Source: the human T2T-CHM13v2.0 reference genome, Homo sapiens. Taken from it: 64,000 bases of DNA. The stretch lies in NCBI RefSeq assembly GCF_009914755.1, contig NC_060931.1. One strand, given 5' to 3'. This document shows, piece after piece, positions 25,205 through 40,788 of the stretch. The translations under genes and the position numbers were made by a program. Below the pieces are notes generated by a model. The model ran no database searches. It worked only from the letters and a program-made list of their open reading frames with translations, and was not told the origin of the DNA. Every line of letters begins with the position of its first letter. The first letter of the stretch is position 1.

Positions 25205-25900
25205 AAATCATATGTAACAATTTCACTGCTGGGTATATATCCAAAAGAAATGAAGTGAACATATCAAAAAGATATCTTCACAGCCATGTTTATTGCAGCA
25301 CTATTCACAGTAACCAAAATATGGAATAAGCCTAAGTGCTCATCAATGAATGAATAAAGAAAATGTGATATATATACACAATGGTATATTATTCAGCCAT
25401 GTAAAAGAATAAAATCCTGCCATTTTCAGCAACATGGATGGAACTGGAGGTCATTACATTAAATGAAACAAGCTAAGCACAGAATGACAAATATTGTATG
25501 TTTTCACTTATATGTGGGAGCTAAAAATGTGCATCTCATGAAGACAGAGAGTAGCTTGGTGGTTACCAGATGCCAGGAGGGGTAGCAAAAGGGAAACAAA
25601 AGAGAAGTTGACTAATGAGTACAAACATATGGTTTCATAGAAGAAATAAGACCTAGTGTTCAATGGATTAGAAGAGTGACTATAGTTTACAGTAATCTAT
25701 TGTATATTTCAAAATAGCCAGAAGAGAATAATTTGAATGTTTCTAACATAAAGAAAAGACAAATATTTAAGGTGACAGATAGCCCAAGTACACAGATTTG
25801 ATCTTTATAAATTAAATGAGTATATTAAATTATCGCATGTACCCTAAAACTATTTACATCTATTATGTATCAATTAAAAATTGTTAAAAATAAATTTGCA
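25205..25900 (+). mobile_element. L1MA 3' end
   Basis: ctgctgggtatatatccaaaagaaatgaa...gcaacatggatggaactggagg...catgtaccctaaaactatttacatctattatgtatcaattaaaaa. Confidence 0.85.
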
Positions 25901-26711
25901 AAAAACAGAAAAATATATATACAAATAAATAATATAAATACACATTTATAGTATAAGAAGTATACTATATATAGAGTAGATTACTGTATGATGAAATGTA
26001 CAATGAAATATACAATAGATTACTGTAGTCCAAGAAAGGTGACAGGTAACTACATTCTGATCATAAGACAACACAAACAGAGTAGACCCTCTATGGGTAC
26101 AAAAGTCAAGACACAAAGATCTCTGTTTAAATCCAGCCAAAGTTAGGGCAAACTGCCATTCTCTTAACTTAATTCAAGATTATGCAATCAGTAAAAATCA
26201 CAAGTTTAAAAAATAATTCATAAAACAAAGGCACAAATTGGTGAGAAGACCTGATAGCAGGATCATTGACATGGTCATCATCCCTCTTTCTATCCTTATA
26301 TATAGACATAGACACCAGCACACTTCCACATGCATGGATATAAGTACCCTGCAATGAAGGAATACAGAAGGCAAGCATCTGATGTAATCATCACAAACTG
26401 AGGAAAGAGTCCATGCTATTAAGGCAATTTAAGTATTAACATATTTTGAACTGTAACGAAAGTAGATTTGAAAATAAGATGTAATGAATACTATAATATC
26501 ATACTAACACTGAATTTATCATAGATGACAAAATGTCCTTGTGCTTCATTTGTAATGCATAATTTTCTCTTAGTAAGTGACTAAGATCAAAATATAATTG
26601 AAGGTGTTTTCTTAGAAAACACTCAAACAATAATATGTACAGTTGCAGCATGCTTAAACATTTGCCTTAGACATTCAGACTTGGTGAGCTCCTTGTTTCT
26701 TCTACAGGGAA

Positions 26712-27644
26712 ATGGGGGGAAATCAGACTTCCATCACAGAGTTCCTCCTACTGGGATTTCCCATTGGCCCAAGGATTCAGATGCTCCTCTTTGGGCTCTT
26801 CTCCCTCTTCTACATCTTCATTCTGTTGGGGAACGGGACAATCCTGGGGCTCATCTCACTGGACTCCAGACTCCACACCCCCATGTACTTCTTCCTCTCA
26901 CACCTGGCGGTCGTCGACATCGCCTGTGCTTGCAACACGGTGCCCCAGATGCTGGTGAACCTCCTGCATCCAGCCAAGCCCATCTCCTTTGCTGGCTGCA
27001 TGACCCAGATGTTTCTGTTTTTGAGTTTTGCACATACAGAATGTCTCCTCCTGGTGGTGATGTCCTATGATCGGTACGTGGCCATCTGCCACCCTCTCCG
27101 ATATTCTACCATCATGACCTGGAAAGTCTGCATCACTTTGGCATTGACTTCCTGGATTTTAGGAGTCTTATTGGCCCTTGTCCATCTAGTGTTACTGCTA
27201 CCACTGTCCTTCTGTGGACCCCAGAAACTTAATCACTTTTTCTGTGAAATTATGGCTGTTCTCAAACTTGCCTGTGCGGATACCCACATTAATGAGGTAA
27301 TGGTTTTGGCAGGGGCAGTGTCTGTGCTGGTGGGACCCTTCTTTTCCACTGTAATATCTTATGTTCATATTCTATGTGCCATTCTAAAGATCCAGTCAGG
27401 AGAGGGGTGCCAGAAAGCCTTCTCCATCTGCTCCTCCCACCTCTGTGTGGTTGGACTCTTTTATGGCACAGCCATCATCATGTATGTTGAGCCCCAGTAT
27501 GAGAGCCCCAAGGAGCAGAAGAAATATCTCCTGCTGTTTCACAGCCTCTTCAATCCCATGCTTAATCCCCTAATTTATAGTCTTAGGAACAAGGAAGTCC
27601 AAGGTACTCTAAAGAGGATGCTTGAAAAGAAGAGAACTTCATGA
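26712..27644 (+). CDS. OR2A25: Olfactory receptor 2A25 (310 aa)
   Basis: Intact ORF MGGNQTSITEF...KKRTS with LHTPMYFFLSHL, MSYDRYVAICHPL, KAFSICSSHL, PMLNPLIYSLRN. Splice acceptor ctccttgtttcttctacag ends at 26707, just before the ATG. Confidence 0.95.
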   Translation: MGGNQTSITEFLLLGFPIGPRIQMLLFGLFSLFYIFILLGNGTILGLISLDSRLHTPMYFFLSHLAVVDIACACNTVPQMLVNLLHPAKPISFAGCMTQMFLFLSFAHTECLLLVVMSYDRYVAICHPLRYSTIMTWKVCITLALTSWILGVLLALVHLVLLLPLSFCGPQKLNHFFCEIMAVLKLACADTHINEVMVLAGAVSVLVGPFFSTVISYVHILCAILKIQSGEGCQKAFSICSSHLCVVGLFYGTAIIMYVEPQYESPKEQKKYLLLFHSLFNPMLNPLIYSLRNKEVQGTLKRMLEKKRTS

Positions 27645-28039
27645 AAGCCTGAAAGAATAGTAAAATAGCTGGCTTCAAAGGGCTTTGAGATTACATCTGA
27701 ACCCATCCCTACTCAGGATACATAATCACACTCTAGAGAACCCTTTCCATCTTCTTGAAATTTTCCTATGACTACCTCCCGAGAAAGCCCATTCTGCTTT
27801 CCTCTCTCCAGCATTGAAGGTCGGAGCTGCACAATTAATAAAAATATGTTTATACTAGCTGTATAGTGTACACACTTTTAATATAATTATGTGAAATATT
27901 CTGAAAGTTGGAAATAAATGTGTATCTTTTTGTTCTGTAAATAAGACTTGAAGGCGAATTTTTGTAGAATAAGGATATGGGAGTTAGGAGAGACTGATAA
28001 CAAAGTCATTATTTAATTATTCTTAATTTAGAACGTGCC

Positions 28040-28337
28040 GGCCAGACACGGTGGCTCACGCCTGTAATCCCAGCACTTTGGGAGGCCGAGACAGGTGGAT
28101 CACGCGGTCAGGAGACCGAGACCATCTTGGCTAACACGGTGAAACCCCGTTTCTACTAAAAATACAAAAAATTAGCCGGGCGTGTTGGCGGGCGCCTGTA
28201 GTCCCAGCTACTCGGGAGGCTGAGGCAGGAGAATGGCGCGAACCCTGGAGAGGCGGAGCTTGCAGTGAGCTGAGATGGCGCCACTGCACTCCAACCTGGG
28301 GGACACAGCGAGACTCCGTCTCAAAAAAAAAAAAAAA
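28040..28337 (+). mobile_element. AluY-like
   Basis: Full Alu with ggctaacacggtgaaacccc and ggcggagcttgcagtg; poly-A tail. Confidence 0.9.
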
Positions 28338-28353
28338 GAAAGTGTCATATTTA

Positions 28354-28797
<444 letters not shown>

Positions 28798-29469
28798 CTA
28801 ACAAGAAAACCTGGGCAGATGTCATGCTAGTAAATATATAGACATATTGGAGCCTTCTCCGTTCCTTTTTCTCTGCTTGTGGAGTGCAGGGGAAAGCCAT
28901 GGGACGTAGAGCTGAGAGGAAGAGAGCACAATGGGAATAACAGAGCTCATGGAAGAACTATATGTTTTCTCTCATGGGTTTGGTCAATTGTCTCCTATTG
29001 AAAATGATTAAAACTCAGAGGAGATAATCCTGAAAAGTAAGAACAGACTGTAACTGTTGTGGCTAGTTGATCAATATTACTACAGCTGGAAATTATCAGG
29101 AATAATTTAATTTTAAATTGAGGTATTTGAAGTAATTTTAATAATCTTTTTATTCAAACATGAAACTCTTCCACTTAGTTATAAAGTGATAGAAAATAAT
29201 AGTGAAGAAGTATTAGGAAAGGATGTATAAAGATACTTCTGTTTCTCAACTCTTCTCTCAAATTAAGTATAACTTAATTAAGCCTAAATATGCAAACTGT
29301 ATAAAAGGGAAATATTCAACTTTGTTAAAAAGATGTTTTTTTGTGAAAAAGTATGTTGATGAGGAAAATACATGGATTTTTCTCTCACAAAGCATCCCTT
29401 TTGTTAGGACATCTGTTATTGCAGACATGATCACATAACCAAAAAAAAAGTGGGGGAGTAAAAACACAT

Positions 29470-29690
29470 GTACTTTGGGTTCAGCTAGACCTGGGATTTT
29501 ACAAAGTTCTGCCAGTTGCTAGATGTGGAAACTTTTGTAATTTACTTAAATTCTTCAGAAATTATTATGTATAAAATGAGGTCAGTAATGCCAAGCTCAC
29601 AGATTGTTGGGAAGATTAGAGGAAATACATGAAAATGTTTAGCAAGATCTATAACTCATAATAACACAGTAAGTAGTATTCATTAATATT
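29470..29690 (+). mobile_element. MIR relic
   Basis: agacctgggatt...ttacttaaattctt...gtataaaatgagg...agattgttgggaagattag. Confidence 0.5.
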
Positions 29691-29999
29691 ATCCACTACA
29701 TATACTTATTATGTCCTTAAAGAACTAGAACACCAACTTATAAGTGCAATAACAAAATATCAGATTTCCCATTTTACCAGAAAGAAGGAGGAATGTTGCA
29801 AAATTTAGCGTTTTATCTGATACAAAATGCCATGATGTCAAATAATTTATGAAGTAAATGATTCACAGAGCTTTTCCTTTGCAATCTCAGTTCTCTGAAA
29901 GAGTAATGACTATTTTAAAATACATGGATAAATACAATTCAAAATTGCTAAAATTCATATATGTGTGTGTATATATTACACACACACATACACACACAC

Positions 30000-31167
<1,168 letters not shown>

Positions 31168-31179
31168 AATAATTTTTTT

Positions 31180-31740
31180 AAAAATTTTTTAAATTAAAGA
31201 CACACAGAGAAATGTATAAATCATAAGTTAAATTCAGTGAAAGATCATGAAGTAAACACATTATGTAACCACTTTCGGGGAGGAGAAATAAAACATTCTG
31301 GCCTTCCGGAGCTACCATCATGCTCTCTCCCAATTACTGCACCTTCCCTCCTCCCACAAGATACCTATTACCCTAACTTCTAACAGCACATATTAGCATT
31401 GTATTTTCTTGGACTTTATATAAATTGGATAGGTACATAAAGAGTGTACATTCTTTTCTATCTGCCTACTTTCATTCATTATTGTCTTTGTGAGATTCAC
31501 CCAGGTTGCTGTATGTAGCATAATTTATTATTTTTCTTTGTTTTATAGCATTACATTGCACAAATATTTCATAATTTATTCACCACATTCCTAATGGATA
31601 TTTGAATTGCCTACAATTTTGGCTATAACAAATAATTATTCCATGAATGGTATTATATGCACCTTTCAGGAGACATATATAATCACTTCTGTTGGCTACA
31701 TATGAATGGGAATACTGGGTTATAAAAACTCTAGACTTTC
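31180..31740 (-). mobile_element. Old L1 (L1ME/MD-like) 3' end
   Basis: tttgtgagattcacccaggttgctgtatgtagc...ggatatttgaattg...ggctataacaaataat. Confidence 0.6.
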
Positions 31741-32129
<389 letters not shown>

Positions 32130-33454
32130 TCATGACCTGCATTGTGTCTCACACTGAGCTCTATATTGTAAATACAATGATGAGCTCTCTATATATATAC
32201 AGTTTCTGCCCTTTGGTGTTTCATCCCTCCCTATCTTTCTCCTTGCTGGTGCTATGAACCTCTGACTTGGTTGGATGGCCCCAAAGACCTCTTGTATGCA
32301 GTTTTTTCTCTTGCACCATGATGTTTTCCTCTGAAGTCACTATCCTTACTTTTCTGATATTTGCATCTACCACCTCTTAGACAATAGCTGACTTTCATGG
32401 GCACTGTGTTGCTCTGGATTGAAAAGAAAAGAAAAAAAAATTCTGGCTGTGAAAATCTGGGTATAGATTGACTCTTTGTGCTTGCATATTTGCTATAATT
32501 ATCTTAAGCCCATTGGAAAACTCTAAGTTTGAATAATTACAGTGTGGCTCTGTTCGTAGCATGTAACTTATTTTCAAAAGAGAATAACATGGCTCCCTTC
32601 TGCGATTATTTAGTTTTTGCATTTCTCATTTCTGTTTCCAGGAATAGAAAATCATCTTACGACAAGACACCTAAAAATGCTTGGTAGAATGTTAAGCAAA
32701 CCAACATCACTTTAAATGTAGAGCTGTGTCTGCAGGAGAGTCAATAAAATTCTCAAGAGGACAAAGATTAGACAGAAAATAAATGGACAATTATGAGAAC
32801 ACAAGCTAGCAACTAGCAGAAAAACAAGTTAGGAAAACGGAAGACTATACCTGCTTTTAGGGTATTTGTCAATCCCCCAAATCACAGATTAAAATGACTC
32901 CAGAGGTCATATTTTATAAACCCTTCACCTGTGTAAGGTGTTATGTTAGAGTAAGAATGCCTTCATAAAAACTGGAACCTCTACCCATTGCTACCAGGAA
33001 TCAATAATAAGAGTTGTGACTGACATTTGATTGAAGCTAAGGAATTCAGAGGAAAATAAAATATTATTTAAATTGTTGAAAGAATTAACTGCCAACCTAG
33101 AATTCTACATCCAGAAAATATAATTCAAATTTCAGATGAAAGAAAGATGTTATCACAGAAGATAAGAAAGAAAAAAAGAAACACCTCAGAGTGTTCATGC
33201 ACTTCAGGAGACACAAAAGGAGATTTTTTCTGGCTGAAGAAATGCTCCCGGTGGTGTTAATGAGTGGTTGTGTTTTATGCTCCTGAACACGATGATTTTT
33301 TTTGTGTCCTTGGTTTTTTTAAGTGAGGCTGTGATACGACCATGATATGCCTATGTCATATTTTCTTTGCATGTATCCTGCCGTGAATTGTTAAACTTTC
33401 TAAATTCATGGAAGGGTTGACTTTATATATTAGAAATGCTCAGACAAAATGTGA

Positions 33455-33801
<347 letters not shown>

Positions 33802-35259
33802 TATGATCGACTTTTAACATCAACCTACATAATCTGCTCCATATCTGTTATTTTGCTTTTATGCGTTTATCTGCATGTTTCCTATTTATCTTTACTTGAC
33901 TTTAATGATCTTCTAATGAATCAGGATAATCAGTTAAATTATCCAATGTTTCTTAATTTCAGATATTACAGTTTGTTGTTTTAGAATGAATATTTGATTA
34001 TTTCTATAGATTATATTTATCTGTGGAATATGACAATTTTTTCAATTTTTTATATCTCTGCCTCCATTTTCTTCAAAATATGAATTATTGTTACTTTGAA
34101 GCCTTTATTCAGAGCTTTGGTATCTGTGTTATGTTTGGCAGTCTCCCAGTGACTACATTCTCTCTTGATTATTGATCAGTTTTTTTTCTTTTTTTTCAAG
34201 TTTTCAATGAAAAGTTGTAGAGGTTTTCTGTTATGTAATTTTCCTCTAAAGATTTTTGGTATTTTTTTTTCATAATTACGATTGTGGCAGATCTACTGTT
34301 GTTTGTAGGGCACAATTTCTCTTTCTATAATGTGGTCTTTATCAAAATCTCTCAACCCTGGTAGATTGTAACTCCAACATCCCCAGCACTTCGAAATTTC
34401 TAAAATCACTTTTCAGTTCTGTTCAGCACTTCTCAGCAGTCAGCCCCACAGAAACCAGCCTTTGCTATGCCTCCAGGAATCTTGCATGTTTGGATTCAGC
34501 CTAGACTTAGGAGAAACACCTATGCATACTTTGGAAGTTCCTTTTGTACATATTCTTCTTCAGTGCCCTACCCTGAAATCTCAGTTTCCACATTGGCCCT
34601 CAACTTCCCTGTTATTTGTACCCAAGGAGACTTCAGCTTTCTCCTTGGACTCCGTTTTGCTAGTTGCTGCTTGGAAAATGACTCTTGGGAGGAAGTCTGT
34701 TTGAATGTGAGGCTTGTGTCATATTTCCCTTCTCACAAGGATCACATCACTGTACTATCTACTTTCCTGCAACTGAAAATGGCTGTTCCATATATTTCAT
34801 TTAGTTTTATATTTACAGTGGGAGGGAAAGACTGATACTACTCCAAGTTCCTTACAGTTATTTTCTTCTATCTCACTTCTTGATTTTCTGACCTTTTTAG
34901 GACTGGTAATCTGGCTGTTACCAATCTATATTCTCTATAGTTATTGCATGAAAATTAGCGACTGAATTTACTAAGGACACAATTACTTCTAAGACACACT
35001 CATTAGAAGCTTAAGCTCACATCAGATTGATTTGGCAGCTTTAGCTTGCTTGAGAAAGCACTGAATTTTGTGAAAGAAAAAATTCTTTGGCAAATTAATG
35101 TTCAGGACTTGGCAAATGTTTCATAAGTTAACTAATGAGTGAAGTGGCGGAAAGAGATTGTGCCAATTTAAAGAGGCACGTGTGTCCAACCAGTTCAGTT
35201 CTTAGTTTTGTTTTTTAGAGTAGAGTTTGTATTTGTAGTTAGGTAAGAATTGGGACACA

Positions 35260-36115
35260 AGAAGAAACAAGAGAGGACTCAAATTACTAAAATCAGGAAA
35301 GAAAAAGGGGACATTGCCACTTCCTTATGGAAATAAAATGTTTATAAGAAATATGAGCAATTGTATGCCAAAAAATTAGATAATCTAGATGAAATGAACA
35401 AATTCTTAGAAAGATACAAAGTATAATACTGACTCAATAGGAAATAAAATGTAAATAGAACTATAAAAGTAAAGAAATTGCATTGATAATTTTAAAACTT
35501 TTTAAAAAGAAAATCCCAGAACTGCGTGGCTTCCCTGATGAATCCTACTAAAGGTTTAATGAAAAATTAACACTAAATCCTTCACGAAGCCTTCCAAATA
35601 GAGAATGGAATACTTCCCAGTTCATCCTCTGAGGCCAGTATTATATTCATACCAAAACCAAGAAAAAGATATTACAAAAAAGAAAACTAAAGAACAGTAC
35701 CCCTTTTTATATACATGCCCAAATCCTGAACAATATGTAATACTAGCAAACAAGTTTAAATTGCATATCAAAGGTTTTACATATTATGACCAAACTGGAT
35801 TCATCCCTAGAATCTGAGGTTGCTTTCATATCCAAATACCAAATCAATAAAGTATACCACATTAATTACATAAATGAGAAAAACAACATGATCATTTTAA
35901 TAGCCAAATTAAAGCATTTGACAAATCTAATAATAATAAAAATACTCAACAAAATAAAAATGAAGAGTACTTTCTCAACCTGTCAAAAGGCATAGATGAA
36001 AAAGCTCACAGCTAACATTGTACTTAATGGTGAAAGATAGAATGCTTTTTCTTAAGATCAGGAACAATACGTGGATGTCCACTCTCACCACTTTGATTCA
36101 ACATTGTATTGGAGG
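35260..36115 (+). mobile_element. L1M ORF2 fragment
   Basis: ORF-track fragments 35605-35995 resemble L1 RT; ends caacattgtattggaggt at the ERV junction. Confidence 0.8.
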
Positions 36116-37604
36116 TGTATAGTGGGACAGTTAGACTTGTCTTGTTCCAATAGCTTGGAACCTTAGCCATGAGATAGCAATACCAGCTTGCCGGTTTTAC
36201 TTTGCCCCAACAGACAATCCAATGAAGACTGTGAACCAAAATTTTGGGTAAAACAGTCTCCATGGCAGTTTGATTTTTAAAGGCCAAACCTCCCCAGACT
36301 CCATAGATCACTGGGGCCAAACAGTACCAAAGGAGGGTGTCATACATTAACCAGGCCCCCTGCTTAGAACTACAGCACAAAAGCCTGGATACATGCAATG
36401 CTGTTCCACTTTCCCAGTAGACATTGAACCCCAGGTTCCAAATAATGTTGGGGCCAAGCAGCATTGCAACTGTGAGAGAAAATTCTAACGAGGGCTTAAT
36501 ACTAGACCGCAGAACCTCTGCCAAGAGCGTCCTCTTTGGAGAGTTTGAGGTCTAGAGGATTCCCCGGGGTGTCCTCCTGTGGGGTCCAGTCTTAGAGTTC
36601 CAGACCTCTCTGGCCTCAGGTGGGCACTGGTGCCACCTTGCATGCATTCCCTCCAGAGCCTACTATGAGCTTTAGAAGAATAGCCATGAACTGTAATGTG
36701 AACTGGATGCTGGGTGGGCCTTTATGTTCCTTAGCCAGTTGAGTAGATAAGGGAAGATTTTAGCATAAGAAAAGAATGTTCAAGTTGCTTGAAACACATG
36801 CGAGTTTGCTGTGAGCTGGTGCACCACACGTAGGGATCAGGGACCACGCGTGGAAAATATGTATATATATATAAAAGTTTTTCCCCCTATGGGTAGGGTA
36901 ATTATAACCTCATTCCTAGGCCTTAAGACACTACCAGGGAGTGACCCCAGCCAATTGCCCTCAATTTCCAAGGAGCTACTAGGAAACAGCACTGAAAGAC
37001 TGAAAAAGAAAGACAGGGAAAAAAATGAAAAAGATCCTGGTCCCTTAAGCGAACCGGCGGCGGCAGTCAGTCTTCTCCACATGGAAAGCCCCTAGTTTCA
37101 CTGGCCATGGCCAGAAACCTGCAGTTGCTTCCATGTTTAGTTGCTGCCCACCAAGGGTCCTGGTTTGGAAAGAAAAACAGAAAGAGATTCCCCTGTATGG
37201 AGCACAAGGAAAAGAATAAATCCCAAACTTTGGGCTTACCTCTTACTCCTGGGTGGCTCGCCAAAATATGCTAACGGTGGAGGGTGTCCAGGTTCTTGGC
37301 ATCTTGAACAAAAGAATTGGACAAAATGCACAAAGAAAGAAACGACAAAGGGCTTTATTGAAAATGAAAGTATACTCCACAATGTGGGAGCGGGCCTTAG
37401 CATCAGGGTTCAAAGGCCCTGTTACAGCGATTTTGTGAGTTTAAATGCCCTCTTCTTGGGGTACACCCCATTTAAATGAAGAGGATGAAGTAAAGTTAGA
37501 AAGTCATTTATGGTGTATGCCCTATAGAGAGGATATTTCCTGTTATAGCTGAAGTATGAATCGGCCTTATGTTTCCTCCCTCCAGACCCTATTTTCCTGC
37601 CCCA
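36116..37604 (-). mobile_element. ERV1 MER61-type 5' LTR (37269-37604) plus ~1.15 kb leader/internal region
   Basis: Reverse complement begins tggggcaggaaaatagggtctggagggaggaaacataaggccgattc (~336-bp LTR), followed by a PBS at 37245-37263 matching the tRNA-Arg 3' end. Confidence 0.75.
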
Positions 37605-37912
37605 CTGATCACCCTCATAATACTGAAGTTTCTTATTAAAGTAGCTACAGAAGATTTTGACGCACTTGATTCTAGTAATTGTAGGGAGATACTTTAGGCC
37701 TGAGGGTATCATTAATAAAATAAGTAAGAGAAATAGTTCCTTATAATATCTCTCTTTAAAATCAGAAATGACAGAAAAATCTTGGAAATTACAGGTAGGG
37801 ATTGATGAGAAATATATTATATTGTAATTCAAATATACTTTTTTAAAGAGAGTGTCCTAGCGGCATCCTCTTTAAATAAGGGTCCAACTGAGATGAAAAA
37901 TCATGAACTTAA

Positions 37913-38333
<421 letters not shown>

Positions 38334-40493
38334 AGAGATTTTTTAAAAATTGAATCTAAAGGTAGGATACATATTTGAAAGAAAAGATATGTTTTTTAAA
38401 TGGAACAAATAGAGAGTGGCTTGAAATTGAAGGAAAGGAAAAAAGCACAGGGGAAATAGAATCTGATCTCTATCAGCTTCCAAATTTAAAAATATACTGC
38501 AATGGAAATTTTTGCAATTCACACACAATAAGACTTTCGGCAGACCAAGACTCCTCTCCTTGGAGGAGATACAGTCCTCTGAGGTGCTGCCTTAACAAGC
38601 TCCATGGGGGCCACATTTATCACATCATCAAATTTCAACCTTTTTGAAAGGGGGGTATGTAGGCAGGCAAAATTTTGAGATCACAATAAGTCTAGATGCT
38701 TGGAGACTGTGCCATGTGACATAACCCATATAAGGTGACTTATCTGTGAAATGTGCATGCCAAGATTCTCCTGGGTAGGAACAACCTTGCCATTCTTCCT
38801 GAGTTCTCACTTCTTTGCATAAGCAGGAACACAAGTGCACATGCGTGCACACACACACAAACAGAGGCATACACACCTGCCCCACACCTACACACGCTGA
38901 CACTCATACGAATAACAAAGCTGGAGGATAGAGAGGAGAGGGGAAGGTGTTACACTGCTCAGTAGGGAAGACATAGGATGGTGGGAAGACGCTTCATATG
39001 TTGTTCTCTGGACTCCACAGGTATGTCTCTGGATAATGGGCCTCTTTTAAGTAATCAGAGTATAAAGTCTACATATCTAGAAGCCCCCTGAACATCCCTG
39101 GGTCCTGTCCCAGTCCTCAGGATAGAAAGAGATCTGGGACTCATCGTCTACCCAACCTGCTTCAGGTGCAGGCAATTCAGCTCCAACCTTTCCGCATCTC
39201 TGTGTTTTCCTGTGCATTCAAGGGCAATTTGAGGCAAATACCAGAAATAGTATCTTCCTTTGTATTAATCATTATTTATACACTGATTAGTGGTTTCCAG
39301 GAGAAGGCAGAAGACTGGCAGAAATGTTCAGGTTTAGGATGGAGGAAAAAAAGAGAGAGCGAGCGAGAACACCTTCACGGAGACCCCTTCCTGGCACTAT
39401 GCCAGGTCTCAGAGTAACATCTGATACTTACAGTGTCAAAACGTTACATAGGTTTCAGACTTGCCTTTGTCCCACCCTTTTCCTATCACTTGTGGGAAGG
39501 AGCTGGTAGCAGTAGATCACTCTGGTTCATGGTGTCAAACTGGAAGAGGCATAAGAGTCATATATATATTCCTGCTGCCTCCTTTACAAATGAAGGAGGT
39601 GAAGCTCCAGGTGTTACATAGTTTTTCCTGTGATTTCTTCATTTCTTCTACCGAGAATCATCTGCTTCTGCTACATCCTAGGAATACCCTCCAGCCAGCA
39701 AAGTAACATTAGGGTTCCTTTTCTTTGTTGCCCTGGAGGGAGATGTCAGGTGCCAGGGGAAAGTCCTAGAGTTATTTGACAAGGATTTCTCTCCTATTTC
39801 TTCTAATAGCAGAGAAGCCCATATAGGTGCCAGACAAGCCAGATAAGCTTTTCCTGATTTGTGTACCAAGAATGGTTGTCTTCATCTTATGGAAACCCTT
39901 TATCAGATCCTAGAGTGGGATAACTTGACTATGGTGTCACATATTAAATTTTGGGGAAAAGTCCTGGCTAGTGGAAATACGGTAAAATATTCCTACTACA
40001 AAAATAACTTCTCTGATTCACATGTATCTGGCAACACATTAAGTGAAAATTTTGCTTTTAAAAAATAAACACAATTGAATGCATTCTTATTCCCTTTACA
40101 TCCATTTAAAGGGAGAGATGTTTCTCACTTTTGAGAAGGAAGTTTTTTAAAATAATGTGTTTTCTTACAATTTAAAAATGGAAAAGGAAAACAGAATCCT
40201 GTCTGTATTTGTAACACTGTAATGACACAATCTTTTCAGTGTGGATTGTTTAAGAAACGTTCGCTACTCTCAAAAACATACCCCTAGCTTGTATTCTGGA
40301 GAGTTTGTTTTGATCCTTCCTATTTAGATCTAAAACTGACCTGATGTTTATTTTTGTGCATGGTGTGTGGTAGGGGCCATGTTTTGGTGTTCTTCGACAT
40401 GGATAGCCAACCGACACAGCATAATATTATTTTTCAAAAACACCAGTGCCAACTTTGTCTTAGATCAAGAGTGTGCATATTCTTCTGGATTTT

Positions 40494-40788
40494 GTTTTGT
40501 TTTGTTTTGAAACAGCGTCTCGCTCTGTCTCCCAGGCTGGAGTGCAGTGGCACGATTTTGGCTCACTGCAACCTCTGCCTCCTGTTCAAGCAATTCTCCT
40601 GCCTCAGCCTCCCGAATAGCTGGGACTACAGATGCCCAACACCACGCCCTCCTAATTTTTGTATTTTTAGTAGAGACAGGGTTTTGCCATGTTGGCCAGG
40701 CTGGTCTCGAACTCCTGACCTCAAGTGATCCACCCACCTCGGCCTCCCAAAGTGCTGGGATTACAGGTGTGAGCCACCGCGCCCAGCC
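40494..40788 (-). mobile_element. AluSx-like
   Basis: Full antisense Alu; TSD ttcttctggatttt. Confidence 0.9.

Noticed and set aside
26681-27092. Overlapping and antisense ORFs within OR coding regions (also 2953-3685, 47509-47697, 61938-63036)
   Set aside because: Shadow frames of OR codon usage; they resemble each other only because the ORs are paralogous.
36024-36524. 166-aa ORF on the - strand
   Set aside because: Spans the ERV leader/L1 junction with no recognisable domain; chance chimeric frame.
37245-37263. tRNA gene
   Set aside because: Only the 3'-terminal 19 nt including CCA, adjacent to an LTR: a retroviral primer-binding site.
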